DNA of 64,000 nt from a candidate division WOR-3 bacterium. Lineage in GTDB: Bacteria > Hydrothermota > Hydrothermia > LBFQ01. The position numbers and the translations under genes were made by a program. The stretch spans positions 32,001 through 96,000 of the forward strand of contig JBDRWW010000003.1 in the NCBI GenBank assembly GCA_039802605.1, written 5' to 3'. The notes beneath the pieces are model-generated. The model saw nothing but the letters and a program-made list of their open reading frames with translations. It searched no databases and was not told the origin of the DNA. Shown here in pieces: positions 20,399 to 29,768 of the stretch (positions are counted from its first letter, which is position 1; each line of letters opens with the position of its first letter).

Positions 20399-21550
20399 AT
20401 GGATAGTCATTCATCCTTAGCCTTTATTAAACTCGCTTTGCTTTTTGTTTTTATGTTTTTTGTCTCATCCGGATTTAAAAGGTTCGGAATACCGACAATA
20501 ATTTCCTTTCTATTAGTTGGCTTTTTAGCTAAAATTTTCTTAGGAGAAGAAGATGTTCATTACATAGTGTTTTTCAAAGAACTGGGCATAATCCTTCTGT
20601 TTTTCTTCATAGGCTTAGAATATACCTTTGAGAGGTTGAAGAATATGTTTTTTATATGGAAGCCGGGGGTGGTTGATTTTGCTTTAAATTTTATACCCGC
20701 TTTTCTTCTGGGGCTTTTGTTTGGTTTGAACCCTATAACATCTTTAATTTTAGCAAGTGTGTTTTATCCAACGAGTACATCAATAACTGCAAAACTTTTA
20801 ACGGATTTTAAAAGGCTTGCATCACCCGAAGCGGAATTATTAATTGGTATATTGATTTTTGAGGACTTGATGGCCATTATAATATTATCGTTATTAGTCC
20901 CTTTAAAGGAAATAGGTGGTTTGCAGTTTGAAATGTTTTTTACCATTTTAGCAAAGTTATTAATTGTACTTGCAGTTTTTTACGCACTCTACCGTTTTGT
21001 ATTACCGAGAATAAATTCCTGGCTAAACGCGATTTCAGAGGATGAAAGTTTTTCGTTTCTCGTAATCGGGTTTATCATGCTTGTTGGCTTTTCGTTTAAG
21101 GAGTTTGGGATTTCGGAGGCTCTTGGGGCTTTTTTACTCGGTGTTTTGGTCCCCGAAAGCCGTATTAAAGAAAACATTGAGCGTCAATTTTTTTCCTTAA
21201 AAGAATTTTCCATTGGTATATTTTTCTTCTTCTTTGCCTACGAAATACCTTTAAGCATTCCGAAAAATCCAATATTCGTGATATTGCTCATACTCTTCGG
21301 AATAATTTCAAAGATTATCTCAACATATATATCCGCGTACTTTTATGGTATGAAGAAAAAGGCAAGGCTTAGGACAGCCCTATCGTTTGTACCCAGAGGT
21401 GAATTTTCGGTCATATTATCCTCCTTTGATCCTACGGTTAAGATGTTGTCCATACCTTTTATATTTGGCACCGCTCTTGTAGGGGCACTTTTATTCGCTT
21501 TGGCTCCGAGACTTGCCAATATTGTCTATCCCAAAAGCAAAAGGGTATAA
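20399..21550 (+). CDS. khtU: CPA2 cation:proton antiporter (KhtU-like)
   Basis: LLFFFIGLE, LIFEDL, LGAFLLG, PRGEFS. Confidence 0.85.
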   Translation: MDSHSSLAFIKLALLFVFMFFVSSGFKRFGIPTIISFLLVGFLAKIFLGEEDVHYIVFFKELGIILLFFFIGLEYTFERLKNMFFIWKPGVVDFALNFIPAFLLGLLFGLNPITSLILASVFYPTSTSITAKLLTDFKRLASPEAELLIGILIFEDLMAIIILSLLVPLKEIGGLQFEMFFTILAKLLIVLAVFYALYRFVLPRINSWLNAISEDESFSFLVIGFIMLVGFSFKEFGISEALGAFLLGVLVPESRIKENIERQFFSLKEFSIGIFFFFFAYEIPLSIPKNPIFVILLILFGIISKIISTYISAYFYGMKKKARLRTALSFVPRGEFSVILSSFDPTVKMLSIPFIFGTALVGALLFALAPRLANIVYPKSKRV

Positions 21551-21585
21551 TCGGATGGCGCTTTCAACCTTATAATACCCTCACC

Positions 21586-23172
21586 ATGCTCTGGATAATT
21601 TCTTTAACACAGCTTGCCGGAAGGTTTGAGGCGGAACCCTTAAACACCATAAAAAGGGTTCCAACCAACATAAGCGTAAATAATCCCATAAATTCCCTAA
21701 AACTCAACATATACCCAAAACCAATACCAAAGTCGGATTTTTATTTCAGGGCGCCAATAAACTGGTTGAACAATCATGTAAGCTCCGGACGCAATTCGGG
21801 TTTTGAACACAAAGTGGGTATAGGAATAAATTCCTTTAACGATCTCTGGTATGTTTATTCCTCATCGGATGGAGTATCAAACAACGATACTTTACATATC
21901 TTCTGCTCTTCGGATGGTGGAAACACTTGGCTTTATGTTGGAAATTTGGCCTCAAATAACCCCGCTAAGGGGATATTTGAACCATTTCTAAACATAAACC
22001 CTTCGGATAACTATCTTTATGTGATTTTCACCTATGCGAGGAAAAACTCTTATGGGAATTACAACGCCGATACCGTTTCCGTGTTAAGGTTTCAAACGAA
22101 TTCCGGATGCACAACCGTTTCCGGTACCCAAGGGGTTTTTCAGGTTAGCGCTTCATCTTGGTTATACCATACTGCGGTTATAGCCTCCGAACCCACAACA
22201 AGCTATGTATTTGCAATGCTTTTGGATCCGAGCGGATATGTAGATTTTTATAAATCTTCCGATAGAGGTGCTACTTGGACATACGCGAGGAGCTGGAATT
22301 CCGGGCCCTCATTTACAAGGTATTTCTGGGCTTCCTCAAAGGCGGGTGCCAACAGGGGTACATATTTCTCGTTTATAGAGATAAACGACGCCACGGACCC
22401 GCTTACGGGGGCGGATAACAAGTATTATGTTATGTACGCCGAATGGGGGAGTTCTCCGGATACTTTTAGATTATGGTGGTTTGGTCCTACAAGCGGGTAC
22501 GATTCCTTAGAGGGACCTATAAGCAATACCTTTTATTGCCGCCGCACATGTTCAACCCCCTTTGATAGCGTTTTCCTAATGACTTTTAGCAGAAAGACGG
22601 CTGGACCAAATGCCTACGCCGTTTTAATGAACAAAGGAATAGATACCACCATTTGGACCACAGTTATATTCGATTCTTTAAACAACAGACCTTACCGTTC
22701 CCCATCCGTAGCCTATGCTCCAAACGAGGGTAGGGTAATTTTGAGCGTATTATACGATTCGCTTAATACTCGTTTTGGAGTTTTAAGGGTTTGGGTTTCC
22801 TATCCGGATAGCACCCTTTACTGGACAAACTGGCTTGGCTCATCCCTTGACGCTTGGGATACCAAGGATTTGAAGGTTGATATGGGCAATATGCTTGAAC
22901 CATATGCTTTGAGTTCAGTCGTTAGGTATGCGACTCCGGGTGATTTTAGGGTCCATATAGCGTGGAGAAAGGTTAATGGTTCTACGGGAGGTGGGGATGC
23001 TTGGCATGCAACGCCCACGATAGCCTTTACAAGTGTAGAAGAATTTAAGAAAACATTAACCCTTAAAGGCGCTGTATTTTACGATGTTTTGGGTAGGAGA
23101 ATTAATAAGCCAACCAAAGGGGTTTTCTTCAAGGCGGTTGGGGGTAGGGTTGAAAAGGTTATACTTAGGTGA
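21586..23172 (+). CDS. Secreted Asp-box (BNR) beta-propeller protein with T9SS type A-like CTD
   Basis: Asp-boxes SSDGGNTW and SSDRGATW; C-terminus FYDVLGRR...GVFFKAVGGRVEKVILR. Confidence 0.65.
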   Translation: MLWIISLTQLAGRFEAEPLNTIKRVPTNISVNNPINSLKLNIYPKPIPKSDFYFRAPINWLNNHVSSGRNSGFEHKVGIGINSFNDLWYVYSSSDGVSNNDTLHIFCSSDGGNTWLYVGNLASNNPAKGIFEPFLNINPSDNYLYVIFTYARKNSYGNYNADTVSVLRFQTNSGCTTVSGTQGVFQVSASSWLYHTAVIASEPTTSYVFAMLLDPSGYVDFYKSSDRGATWTYARSWNSGPSFTRYFWASSKAGANRGTYFSFIEINDATDPLTGADNKYYVMYAEWGSSPDTFRLWWFGPTSGYDSLEGPISNTFYCRRTCSTPFDSVFLMTFSRKTAGPNAYAVLMNKGIDTTIWTTVIFDSLNNRPYRSPSVAYAPNEGRVILSVLYDSLNTRFGVLRVWVSYPDSTLYWTNWLGSSLDAWDTKDLKVDMGNMLEPYALSSVVRYATPGDFRVHIAWRKVNGSTGGGDAWHATPTIAFTSVEEFKKTLTLKGAVFYDVLGRRINKPTKGVFFKAVGGRVEKVILR

Positions 23173-23190
23173 AGTTTAGTTTTCCGATAT

Positions 23191-24063
23191 ATGTCCCGTA
23201 TCGTTGAACTTTATAAGGCGCTAGAAAAGACGATGGGTCCCGAGAATGCCACGGCCATTGCCAAGTATTTGGAAACATTTGCGGAAGAGAATATACCCAC
23301 AAGGAGGGAATTTGAAGACTTTCGTAGGGAGATAAGGTTGGAAATCCAGACTTTTAAGGAAGAGATAAAGGCGAAAATAGGATCGTTGGAGGAAAAGTTT
23401 GAGTTCAAAATATGGTCGTTAGAAGGAAAGTTTGAAGCGAAAATAGGGTCATTAGAGGGAAAGTTTGAGACCAGAATAGGGTCGTTGGAGGGAAACTTTG
23501 AGGCGAAAATAGGGTCGTTGGAAGAAAGGTTTGAGTTCAAAATGGGATCGTTGGAGGAAAAGCTTGAGGCGAAAATAGGATCGTTAGAGGAAAAGTTTGA
23601 AGCGTTTAAAAGGGAAACAAATGCAAGATTTGAATCCTTGAACGAGAAAATAGAGGCTTACCATAGGGAATTAAACTCAAAAATTGGGGCTTTGGATGAA
23701 AAGTTAGAAGCATATTACAAGGAATTGGGCACCAGAATGGATGCCTTAGACCAAAAACTCGTGGCCTATCAGAGAGAGACAAATGCAAGGTTTGAAGCTT
23801 TAAATCAAAGGATAGACGCCTTAGACCAAAAACTCGTAGCCTATCAGAGAGAAACAAACGCAAGGTTTGAAGCTTTAAATGAGAAGTTAGAGTCTTTCAA
23901 GAGGGGAACGGATGCGGAAATAGATGCGCTTAGGAGTGATGTGAATTCAAAGTTTAACAAAATAACCCTAATCCTTTACTTTCTGATAATCCTTAATATT
24001 CTGGCTATGACCCTTTTTAACCCCAATTTTGTCCAGTTTATGAAGTTGCTTTTTAAAATGTGA
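23191..24063 (+). CDS. Membrane-anchored coiled-coil protein (DUF1640/CCDC90-like head-neck-stalk-anchor)
   Basis: Helical head, PTRREF neck, hendecad repeats, C-terminal TM helix. Confidence 0.65.
   Translation: MSRIVELYKALEKTMGPENATAIAKYLETFAEENIPTRREFEDFRREIRLEIQTFKEEIKAKIGSLEEKFEFKIWSLEGKFEAKIGSLEGKFETRIGSLEGNFEAKIGSLEERFEFKMGSLEEKLEAKIGSLEEKFEAFKRETNARFESLNEKIEAYHRELNSKIGALDEKLEAYYKELGTRMDALDQKLVAYQRETNARFEALNQRIDALDQKLVAYQRETNARFEALNEKLESFKRGTDAEIDALRSDVNSKFNKITLILYFLIILNILAMTLFNPNFVQFMKLLFKM
23374..23604 (+). repeat. Seven tandem 33-bp coding repeats (KIGSLEEKFEA)
   Basis: Units such as AAAATAGGATCGTTGGAGGAAAAGTTTGAGTTC repeated 7 times with substitutions. Confidence 0.9.
23740..23880 (+). 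repeat. Two near-identical copies at 75-bp period (DALDQKLVAYQRETNARFEALN)
   Basis: Copies start at 23740 and 23815. Confidence 0.9.
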
Positions 24064-24164
24064 AACATATAAAACACTAACGGTATATCTCATAATAGCC
24101 CTTCTCCCCAACTTCCGGGTGTTTAAGGCTATACCACATACATCCTTACCTTGATCGGTGGGGT

Positions 24165-25004
24165 TTATTTTAAAAAACCTTTTAATATTTCAAAGAGTTT
24201 TTCAGCTTGGTGGTGATTTACATTTATACCCGTTCCAAACTCAAAACCCGCCATATATCCTTTTCTCGGTATAACCTCAATATGCCAATGATAGTCCGTA
24301 TTAAGGGGTGCGGAATGTAGTATTATGTTGTAATCCCCAACTTTTAACCCTTCTTTTACAAACCTTATGGATTTTATCATAATATCCGCCAAAACCCTAA
24401 GGTTTTTAAATGAATAAAACTCCCTTTGGTGGTTTTTTGGAAATATCCAAAATTCCATAGGGTAAAAGGGTATTTTTGGAACACCCACAATCAATTCCCC
24501 ATTATGGGCAATATAAAAGTTTTCCTCGGCATTACATAGGACGCACTTTTCAATATTTAAATTCCCGCTTTCCTTTAAGGGTATTTCCGGGACGAAATCC
24601 AAAGATACGAGTTGGGTATGGGGGTGCAAAATTGATGCCCCCGCCAGTTGCCCGTAATTCCTGAAAATTATCGTATAAGGCCTTTCCGAGTAATACATTA
24701 ATCTCTTCATCCAAACCCCCAAAACCCTTTCCATATGCCCAACATCATACCCATCAATATCCGCATAATGTTCCCTGTGTTCAACTATAACCTCGTGGTG
24801 TTTTGAAAAGGGGTATTTATTTGGAAAAACCCTAATAATCCATTCCCCGTTTTCTTCAACCCTTGAAATTTCGGGAGGCGTTAAACCTTCATTTCCCGGA
24901 CAGAAGGGACATACAAAACCGCCTTTCCATTCGTTTGGCCTCTTTGTCCTCTCCGGGGCAAAAATTACAAATTTTTCCCTTATAGGGTCTTTAAAACCTT
25001 CCAA
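24165..25004 (-). CDS. galT: Galactose-1-phosphate uridylyltransferase (GalT/HIT family)
   Basis: CPFCPGNE, NKYP, GASILHPHTQ, HWHIE, GFEFGTG. Confidence 0.88.
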   Translation of the reverse strand: MEGFKDPIREKFVIFAPERTKRPNEWKGGFVCPFCPGNEGLTPPEISRVEENGEWIIRVFPNKYPFSKHHEVIVEHREHYADIDGYDVGHMERVLGVWMKRLMYYSERPYTIIFRNYGQLAGASILHPHTQLVSLDFVPEIPLKESGNLNIEKCVLCNAEENFYIAHNGELIVGVPKIPFYPMEFWIFPKNHQREFYSFKNLRVLADIMIKSIRFVKEGLKVGDYNIILHSAPLNTDYHWHIEVIPRKGYMAGFEFGTGINVNHHQAEKLFEILKGFLK

Positions 25005-26304
25005 TTTCGGAAATCAATTTGTCTATATCATCCCTTGTGTGCTTCTCCGTAAAGGCAAATATTATATACCCATCACCCAACTCCTCAACCAATGGACCGA
25101 CGAGAAAACCCTTTTCCAATAGGGCATCCCTTAAATCCTTAGCCTTTGTCGGTGTCTTTATTACAACTTCCCTAAAATGAAAACCCGAAAATGCTACGGA
25201 AAACCCCTTTGGAAGGTTTTTTATAAAGTAATGCGTCTTTGCCAAGGTCTTTTTTGCGTTTTCTATAAGCCCCTTTTTACCCACAAGGGCCAAATACACC
25301 GTTGCAGCCAACGCCATGAGTTGATTGTTTGTGCAAATATTACTCGTTGCCTTTTCCCTCCTTATAAACTGTTCCCTCGTCTGCAATGTCGTAACATATC
25401 CCCTTTTTCCCTCAACATCAACCGTTTCCGCCACTATCCTACCCGGCATCTGCCTTATATGTTTTTTCAAGGATGAAAATAATCCCAAGTAAGGACCTCC
25501 AAAACCCAGAGGGATACCCAAAACTTGACCTTCCGCCGTGGCTATATCCGCACCCGCCTCACCCGGAGGTGTAAATATGGCAACACCCACGGGGTCATAA
25601 TGCACTATGTATATCAACCCCTTTTCCTTTGCAAGGGAACCCAAAAACTTTATATTCTCAACAACGCCAAAATAGTTTGGGCTTTGAACCACCAGGGAGG
25701 CGGTATCCCCATCTATTAAAGATGCTATTTCACCGGCATCGGCCTCACCGGAAGGTGTATAACCGTATTCCCTTATAACCGCAAATTCGGGCAGATATGT
25801 TTTTATAACGGTTTTGTAAAGGGGGTTAAGCGATTTGGGAATTAAAACCTTATATTTCCTCGTTAGTCTAAAAGACATCAAAATCGCCTCTGCTAAGGAT
25901 GTTGCACCGTCATACATTGAGGCGTTGGTCACCTCCATTCCCGTTAAATCCGAAATAAAACTTTGAAATTCAAATATGCTTTGAAGTGTCCCCTGGGAAA
26001 CCTCCGCCTGATAAGGGGTATAGGCGGTATAAAACTCCGATCTCAAAAGTATCTGATTTACAACGGCCGGGGTATATACATCGTAAGCACCACCACCCGC
26101 AAATACCCGTAAGTTGTAAGCGTTTTTAATGGAAATGTTAAAAATCTTCTCATAAACTTCGATTTCGGATAGAGATGGGATATTTTGGGGTTCCGAAAAC
26201 CCTTCACCCCCCACGGCATCTTCCATCAACTCCTCAACATTCTTATACCCCAACGCCCTTAACATCTCCTCCCTATCCTTATCCGAAAGGGAAAGGTATC
26301 TCAT
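24991..26304 (-). CDS. gcvPA: Glycine dehydrogenase subunit 1
   Basis: EFYTAYTPYQAEVSQG, NASMYDGA, REKATSNICTN. Confidence 0.95.
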   Translation of the reverse strand: MRYLSLSDKDREEMLRALGYKNVEELMEDAVGGEGFSEPQNIPSLSEIEVYEKIFNISIKNAYNLRVFAGGGAYDVYTPAVVNQILLRSEFYTAYTPYQAEVSQGTLQSIFEFQSFISDLTGMEVTNASMYDGATSLAEAILMSFRLTRKYKVLIPKSLNPLYKTVIKTYLPEFAVIREYGYTPSGEADAGEIASLIDGDTASLVVQSPNYFGVVENIKFLGSLAKEKGLIYIVHYDPVGVAIFTPPGEAGADIATAEGQVLGIPLGFGGPYLGLFSSLKKHIRQMPGRIVAETVDVEGKRGYVTTLQTREQFIRREKATSNICTNNQLMALAATVYLALVGKKGLIENAKKTLAKTHYFIKNLPKGFSVAFSGFHFREVVIKTPTKAKDLRDALLEKGFLVGPLVEELGDGYIIFAFTEKHTRDDIDKLISEIGRF

Positions 26305-26684
26305 TGCTCCTCCACAAACTTCTTGTATTCTTCCCCTTTCATCAAATTATTAATCTCGTCGGGATTTGAAATCCTTAACTTAAAAATCCAACCCTTACCG
26401 TAAGGGTCTTGATTTATAAGCTCGGGTTTGCTTTCCAATTCCCCATTTACCTCAACCACTTCACCCGATAGTGGGGAATACACATCCGCGGCCGTCTTCA
26501 CCGCCTCTATCGTTGCAACGGCTTCCATCTGTTTTACATTTTTACCAACTTCCGGAAGCTCCACATAAACTATATCCCCTAACTGTTCCTGGGCGTAATC
26601 CGTAATTCCAACAATTGCTATATCCCCTTCTACCTTTACCCATTCGTGCTCTTTCGTGTAAAGCAAATCCTCCTTTATTACCAT
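26301..26684 (-). CDS. gcvH: Glycine cleavage H protein
   Basis: HEWV, GITDYAQEQLGD, lipoyl-Lys EAVKTA, DPYGKGW. Confidence 0.97.
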   Translation of the reverse strand: MVIKEDLLYTKEHEWVKVEGDIAIVGITDYAQEQLGDIVYVELPEVGKNVKQMEAVATIEAVKTAADVYSPLSGEVVEVNGELESKPELINQDPYGKGWIFKLRISNPDEINNLMKGEEYKKFVEEQ

Positions 26685-26807
26685 AGTTTGGTATTCTAAG
26701 TTGGAAAATGTTGTTTTGGATAAAGGGCACAGGAATCCTTATTACTCGGCTTAGTACTTCCCAAAATAGTATTTTATAATAAATTTACCGCTTTATAATA
26801 TTTGGCT

Positions 26808-28514
26808 ATGATGTGGATTATCGCAGTTGATACGATCATGCCGGTGTTTAGGATGAAGCCCATAGTGGTAATGGGGGAAAATGGAAAGGTGTCCATAGAG
26901 GCTGAGATAGGAAAGGATGGTACAATAGGCGCCCTAAAAGATCTCGGAATAACACCCGTAACGCGTGGTTCCTTTATAACATCGGATATAAACTTCTTCG
27001 GCTTCAAGGGAAAGGATATAAACATATCCGTAGATGGTGAAAGGTTCTCCAACGCGTGCCCCAATAGGATGGATGTTCCCCTTATAAGGATAAACCCAAT
27101 TGAAGTAAAGAATGTTATAGTTTATCCAACATCGAGTTTGGGTTCCGCATTAGGTGGAGAAATAAGGGTTATAAGGAGGAGGCCATCAGAAAACCCATCA
27201 CTTATGGGGTATTTGGGGCTGAACACACTATCTTCAACCGGAGGAGAAGTTTCAACCGCTTTTGAAGGCTACAACCACGGATTATATCTCAGATTTTCGA
27301 GGATGAATACATACAAAGATGGCGATGGCAGGGATTTTCAAAATCTTTATGGATATAAACCCGATGTAAAGTTTGCCCATACATTTTACGAGGGTAGTTT
27401 AATGGGTTCCCTACGGAGTTTGTCCTACAATGTCGGCATTTGGTACTATAAAGATGTCCTTTATCCCTATCTTATGATGGATGAAAGGGATAGTAAAACC
27501 ATATCCCTTGGGTTATCCTATAATGGAAACAAACTTTATGCCAACTTTACAGATCACACTATGGATAACGGTTTAAGAAATGAAATGATGTATATGCTCG
27601 CAAACGCCAAGCGCTATAAATTCGGAATTGTAGGCCAAAACTACGATATATATTACGATAGATGGTATGCTGAAAGCGAAATGCATCACATGAAACAAAC
27701 GGTTATGCCTAACTTCTCCTCTTATAATGCCGCATTCGGTCATCAATTCAATACGGGTTATATAAACATATACGCAAAGTTGGGCCTTCAATACTTCAAA
27801 ACCGATGTTAATAAGGGCAGGGTTTTTATTCCCTTCGCCCTAAGACCATCTTATTCAATACTATCATTTGAAGTATCTTCGAGTGCTCCCGATCCCAAAG
27901 AGTTATACTTTTCAAGGCCTTCATTTTTCGGAAATCCCGACCTAAAACAACCCATAAAATTCTCCCTATACCTCAACCCCTCATATAAGTTCATAAACCT
28001 GCTTCTATTTTCCCATATCGTTAAGGATTATGTTGAGGTGGTTGGTAAGGTCTTAGATGGTAAAAAAATAACAACATTTGAAAACACAGACGCTTTACTC
28101 ATAGGTTTTAATATCAAAATCGCCACCGGTTACATCGATATAACCTCAAACTACACTTATGGTAAAAACCTGAGGATAAACGATTACCTCTCCGAAATAC
28201 CTCCCCTTTCGGTTTCCATAAAACTTAAAACACCCGAATTCCTAAAATCCAAAGGTTTTATAAGGTTTAACTATAACGATGCGCAAATTAGGGTTTCAAA
28301 ATCCATAAACGAAAAACCTACAACCTCTTGGAAAACCGTGGATTTGGGTTATGAACTCGGAATTAAAAACCTCTCCATCTCCTTGGTTTTGGAGAATATA
28401 CTTAACGAAACATATTACACCCACCTCTCTTATTACAGAGACCCCTTTATGTCCGGGAAAAGGGTTTATGAACCCGGTAGGATGCTAAAAATTTCCATTA
28501 CAAGCGGTTTTTAG
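26808..28514 (+). CDS. TonB-dependent receptor, OprC-like copper receptor
   Basis: Plug motif ACPNRMD (CxxxM), DHTMDN (HxM), Met/His-rich loops, ENILN..Y and PGR..C-terminal F. Confidence 0.75.
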   Translation: MMWIIAVDTIMPVFRMKPIVVMGENGKVSIEAEIGKDGTIGALKDLGITPVTRGSFITSDINFFGFKGKDINISVDGERFSNACPNRMDVPLIRINPIEVKNVIVYPTSSLGSALGGEIRVIRRRPSENPSLMGYLGLNTLSSTGGEVSTAFEGYNHGLYLRFSRMNTYKDGDGRDFQNLYGYKPDVKFAHTFYEGSLMGSLRSLSYNVGIWYYKDVLYPYLMMDERDSKTISLGLSYNGNKLYANFTDHTMDNGLRNEMMYMLANAKRYKFGIVGQNYDIYYDRWYAESEMHHMKQTVMPNFSSYNAAFGHQFNTGYINIYAKLGLQYFKTDVNKGRVFIPFALRPSYSILSFEVSSSAPDPKELYFSRPSFFGNPDLKQPIKFSLYLNPSYKFINLLLFSHIVKDYVEVVGKVLDGKKITTFENTDALLIGFNIKIATGYIDITSNYTYGKNLRINDYLSEIPPLSVSIKLKTPEFLKSKGFIRFNYNDAQIRVSKSINEKPTTSWKTVDLGYELGIKNLSISLVLENILNETYYTHLSYYRDPFMSGKRVYEPGRMLKISITSGF

Positions 28515-28646
28515 GAAAAGTTGGGTATAAAGGCTTTTAGCGGTTAAGCATACAAATTAAGCCCCTTAATGGGCAGCTGATAATATCCACCGGCCTTATT
28601 GGGGGGGTTATTATGCCCCCCCATCACCCTCATAATATGCGGTCGT

Positions 28647-29768
28647 ATGGAGTTGATACTCCCGGTCATTGAACCTTTATTGCGGTTTTCCGATGGTTGG
28701 GAGGTTTTGGGGAATAAGATTTTAATAAGGGTTAAAAACGGAATATTGGCGGAATTGATAGGGGAGAGGTTTATGGATGTTTTTAAAGAACTGGAAAGCA
28801 AGGGTTATTTAGTAGAACTTTTATACCCAGGTAAGGAGAAAAGGGTTTTTAGGGAAACGTTTGACAACTTCTATTATGATAAAGAAAACGAGTTTGCGGT
28901 TATTGCCTTAAAAAGCCTAATTACCAACCCATCAAATTACAGGATAGCAATTATTTTTGGGGATGCGGGCTTGGGTAAAACACATTTGTTAAAAGCGATG
29001 GCAAATAAATGTCTTGAAATCGGTAAAAAGCCAATATATGTTCAATCGCAAAGGATATTGGACGAAATTCTTTCATCTTATAGGAATAAGAAAAAACCAA
29101 ATTTTGAATTTTTGAAAGGTGCGGATATTATCCTTATAGACGACCTACACCTTTTAAAGGGGAAAACCTTTGTTTTGGAATTTTTAGCAAGGTTGGTGGA
29201 TAAGGTTGAAAGTTCGGGGAAAACATTGGTTATGTCATCCCAAGGCTCTTTATTCCAATTTAACGATACCCCATCCTTTAAAACCCGTTTGATGTCATCT
29301 TTAAGGCTAACGCTTAACCCACCAACAAAGAGGGTTAGAGAGAGTATATTTAAGGAAGCCTGTTTGAGGTTCGGGATATCTCCTGGATACAAAGCGGTTG
29401 ATTTTGTATCAAACAATATTAACAATCCCCGTGGGATAATAGGGGCGGCTACGAGGATAAAGGCCTATTACGATGTTTATGGTATATATCCCGAGGGAGA
29501 AGAATTAAGGAGAATCTTGGGCGACTTGGTAGAAGGTGGAAAATTGGATGTTTTTAAGGTTTTTGGCAGGGGAAAACCCGGAAAATACTTCATTGCTTAT
29601 TATTTGAAAAAGACCGGGGTTTCTATCAACGAAATATGTGAAATTCTAGACTGTTCAAGGGCAACGGTTTATAACTATATCAAAAAAGCCGAAGAAATAA
29701 TGGATAAAAATCCGAAATGGAAGGAAAAAGTTGAAAGCCTTTTAAACCCTATACGCTCCCAACCTTAA
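28647..29768 (+). CDS. Divergent DnaA/Hda-family AAA+ ATPase with C-terminal HTH
   Basis: TFDNF, Walker A GDAGLGKTHLL, Walker B LIDDLH; domain IV-like C-terminus; ATG 28647 follows a CATAAT box. Confidence 0.75.
   Translation: MELILPVIEPLLRFSDGWEVLGNKILIRVKNGILAELIGERFMDVFKELESKGYLVELLYPGKEKRVFRETFDNFYYDKENEFAVIALKSLITNPSNYRIAIIFGDAGLGKTHLLKAMANKCLEIGKKPIYVQSQRILDEILSSYRNKKKPNFEFLKGADIILIDDLHLLKGKTFVLEFLARLVDKVESSGKTLVMSSQGSLFQFNDTPSFKTRLMSSLRLTLNPPTKRVRESIFKEACLRFGISPGYKAVDFVSNNINNPRGIIGAATRIKAYYDVYGIYPEGEELRRILGDLVEGGKLDVFKVFGRGKPGKYFIAYYLKKTGVSINEICEILDCSRATVYNYIKKAEEIMDKNPKWKEKVESLLNPIRSQP

Noticed and set aside
19896..21550. khtTU looks more AT/T-rich, possible horizontal transfer
   Set aside because: Explained by Phe/Ile/Leu-rich membrane protein codons; no mobility signatures; not quantifiable here
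23374..23880. Regular ~33-bp repeats resembling a CRISPR array
   Set aside because: No unique spacers, in-frame coding repeats, no cas genes
24064..24164. Possible 20-aa minus-strand ORF (MWYSLKHPEVGEKGYYEIYR) in an intergenic gap
   Set aside because: Too short with no recognisable homology
28540..28600. Fluoride-riboswitch-like GCTGATAA segment
   Set aside because: The 5' GGnGATGG...CC pseudoknot half is missing and the downstream gene is unrelated
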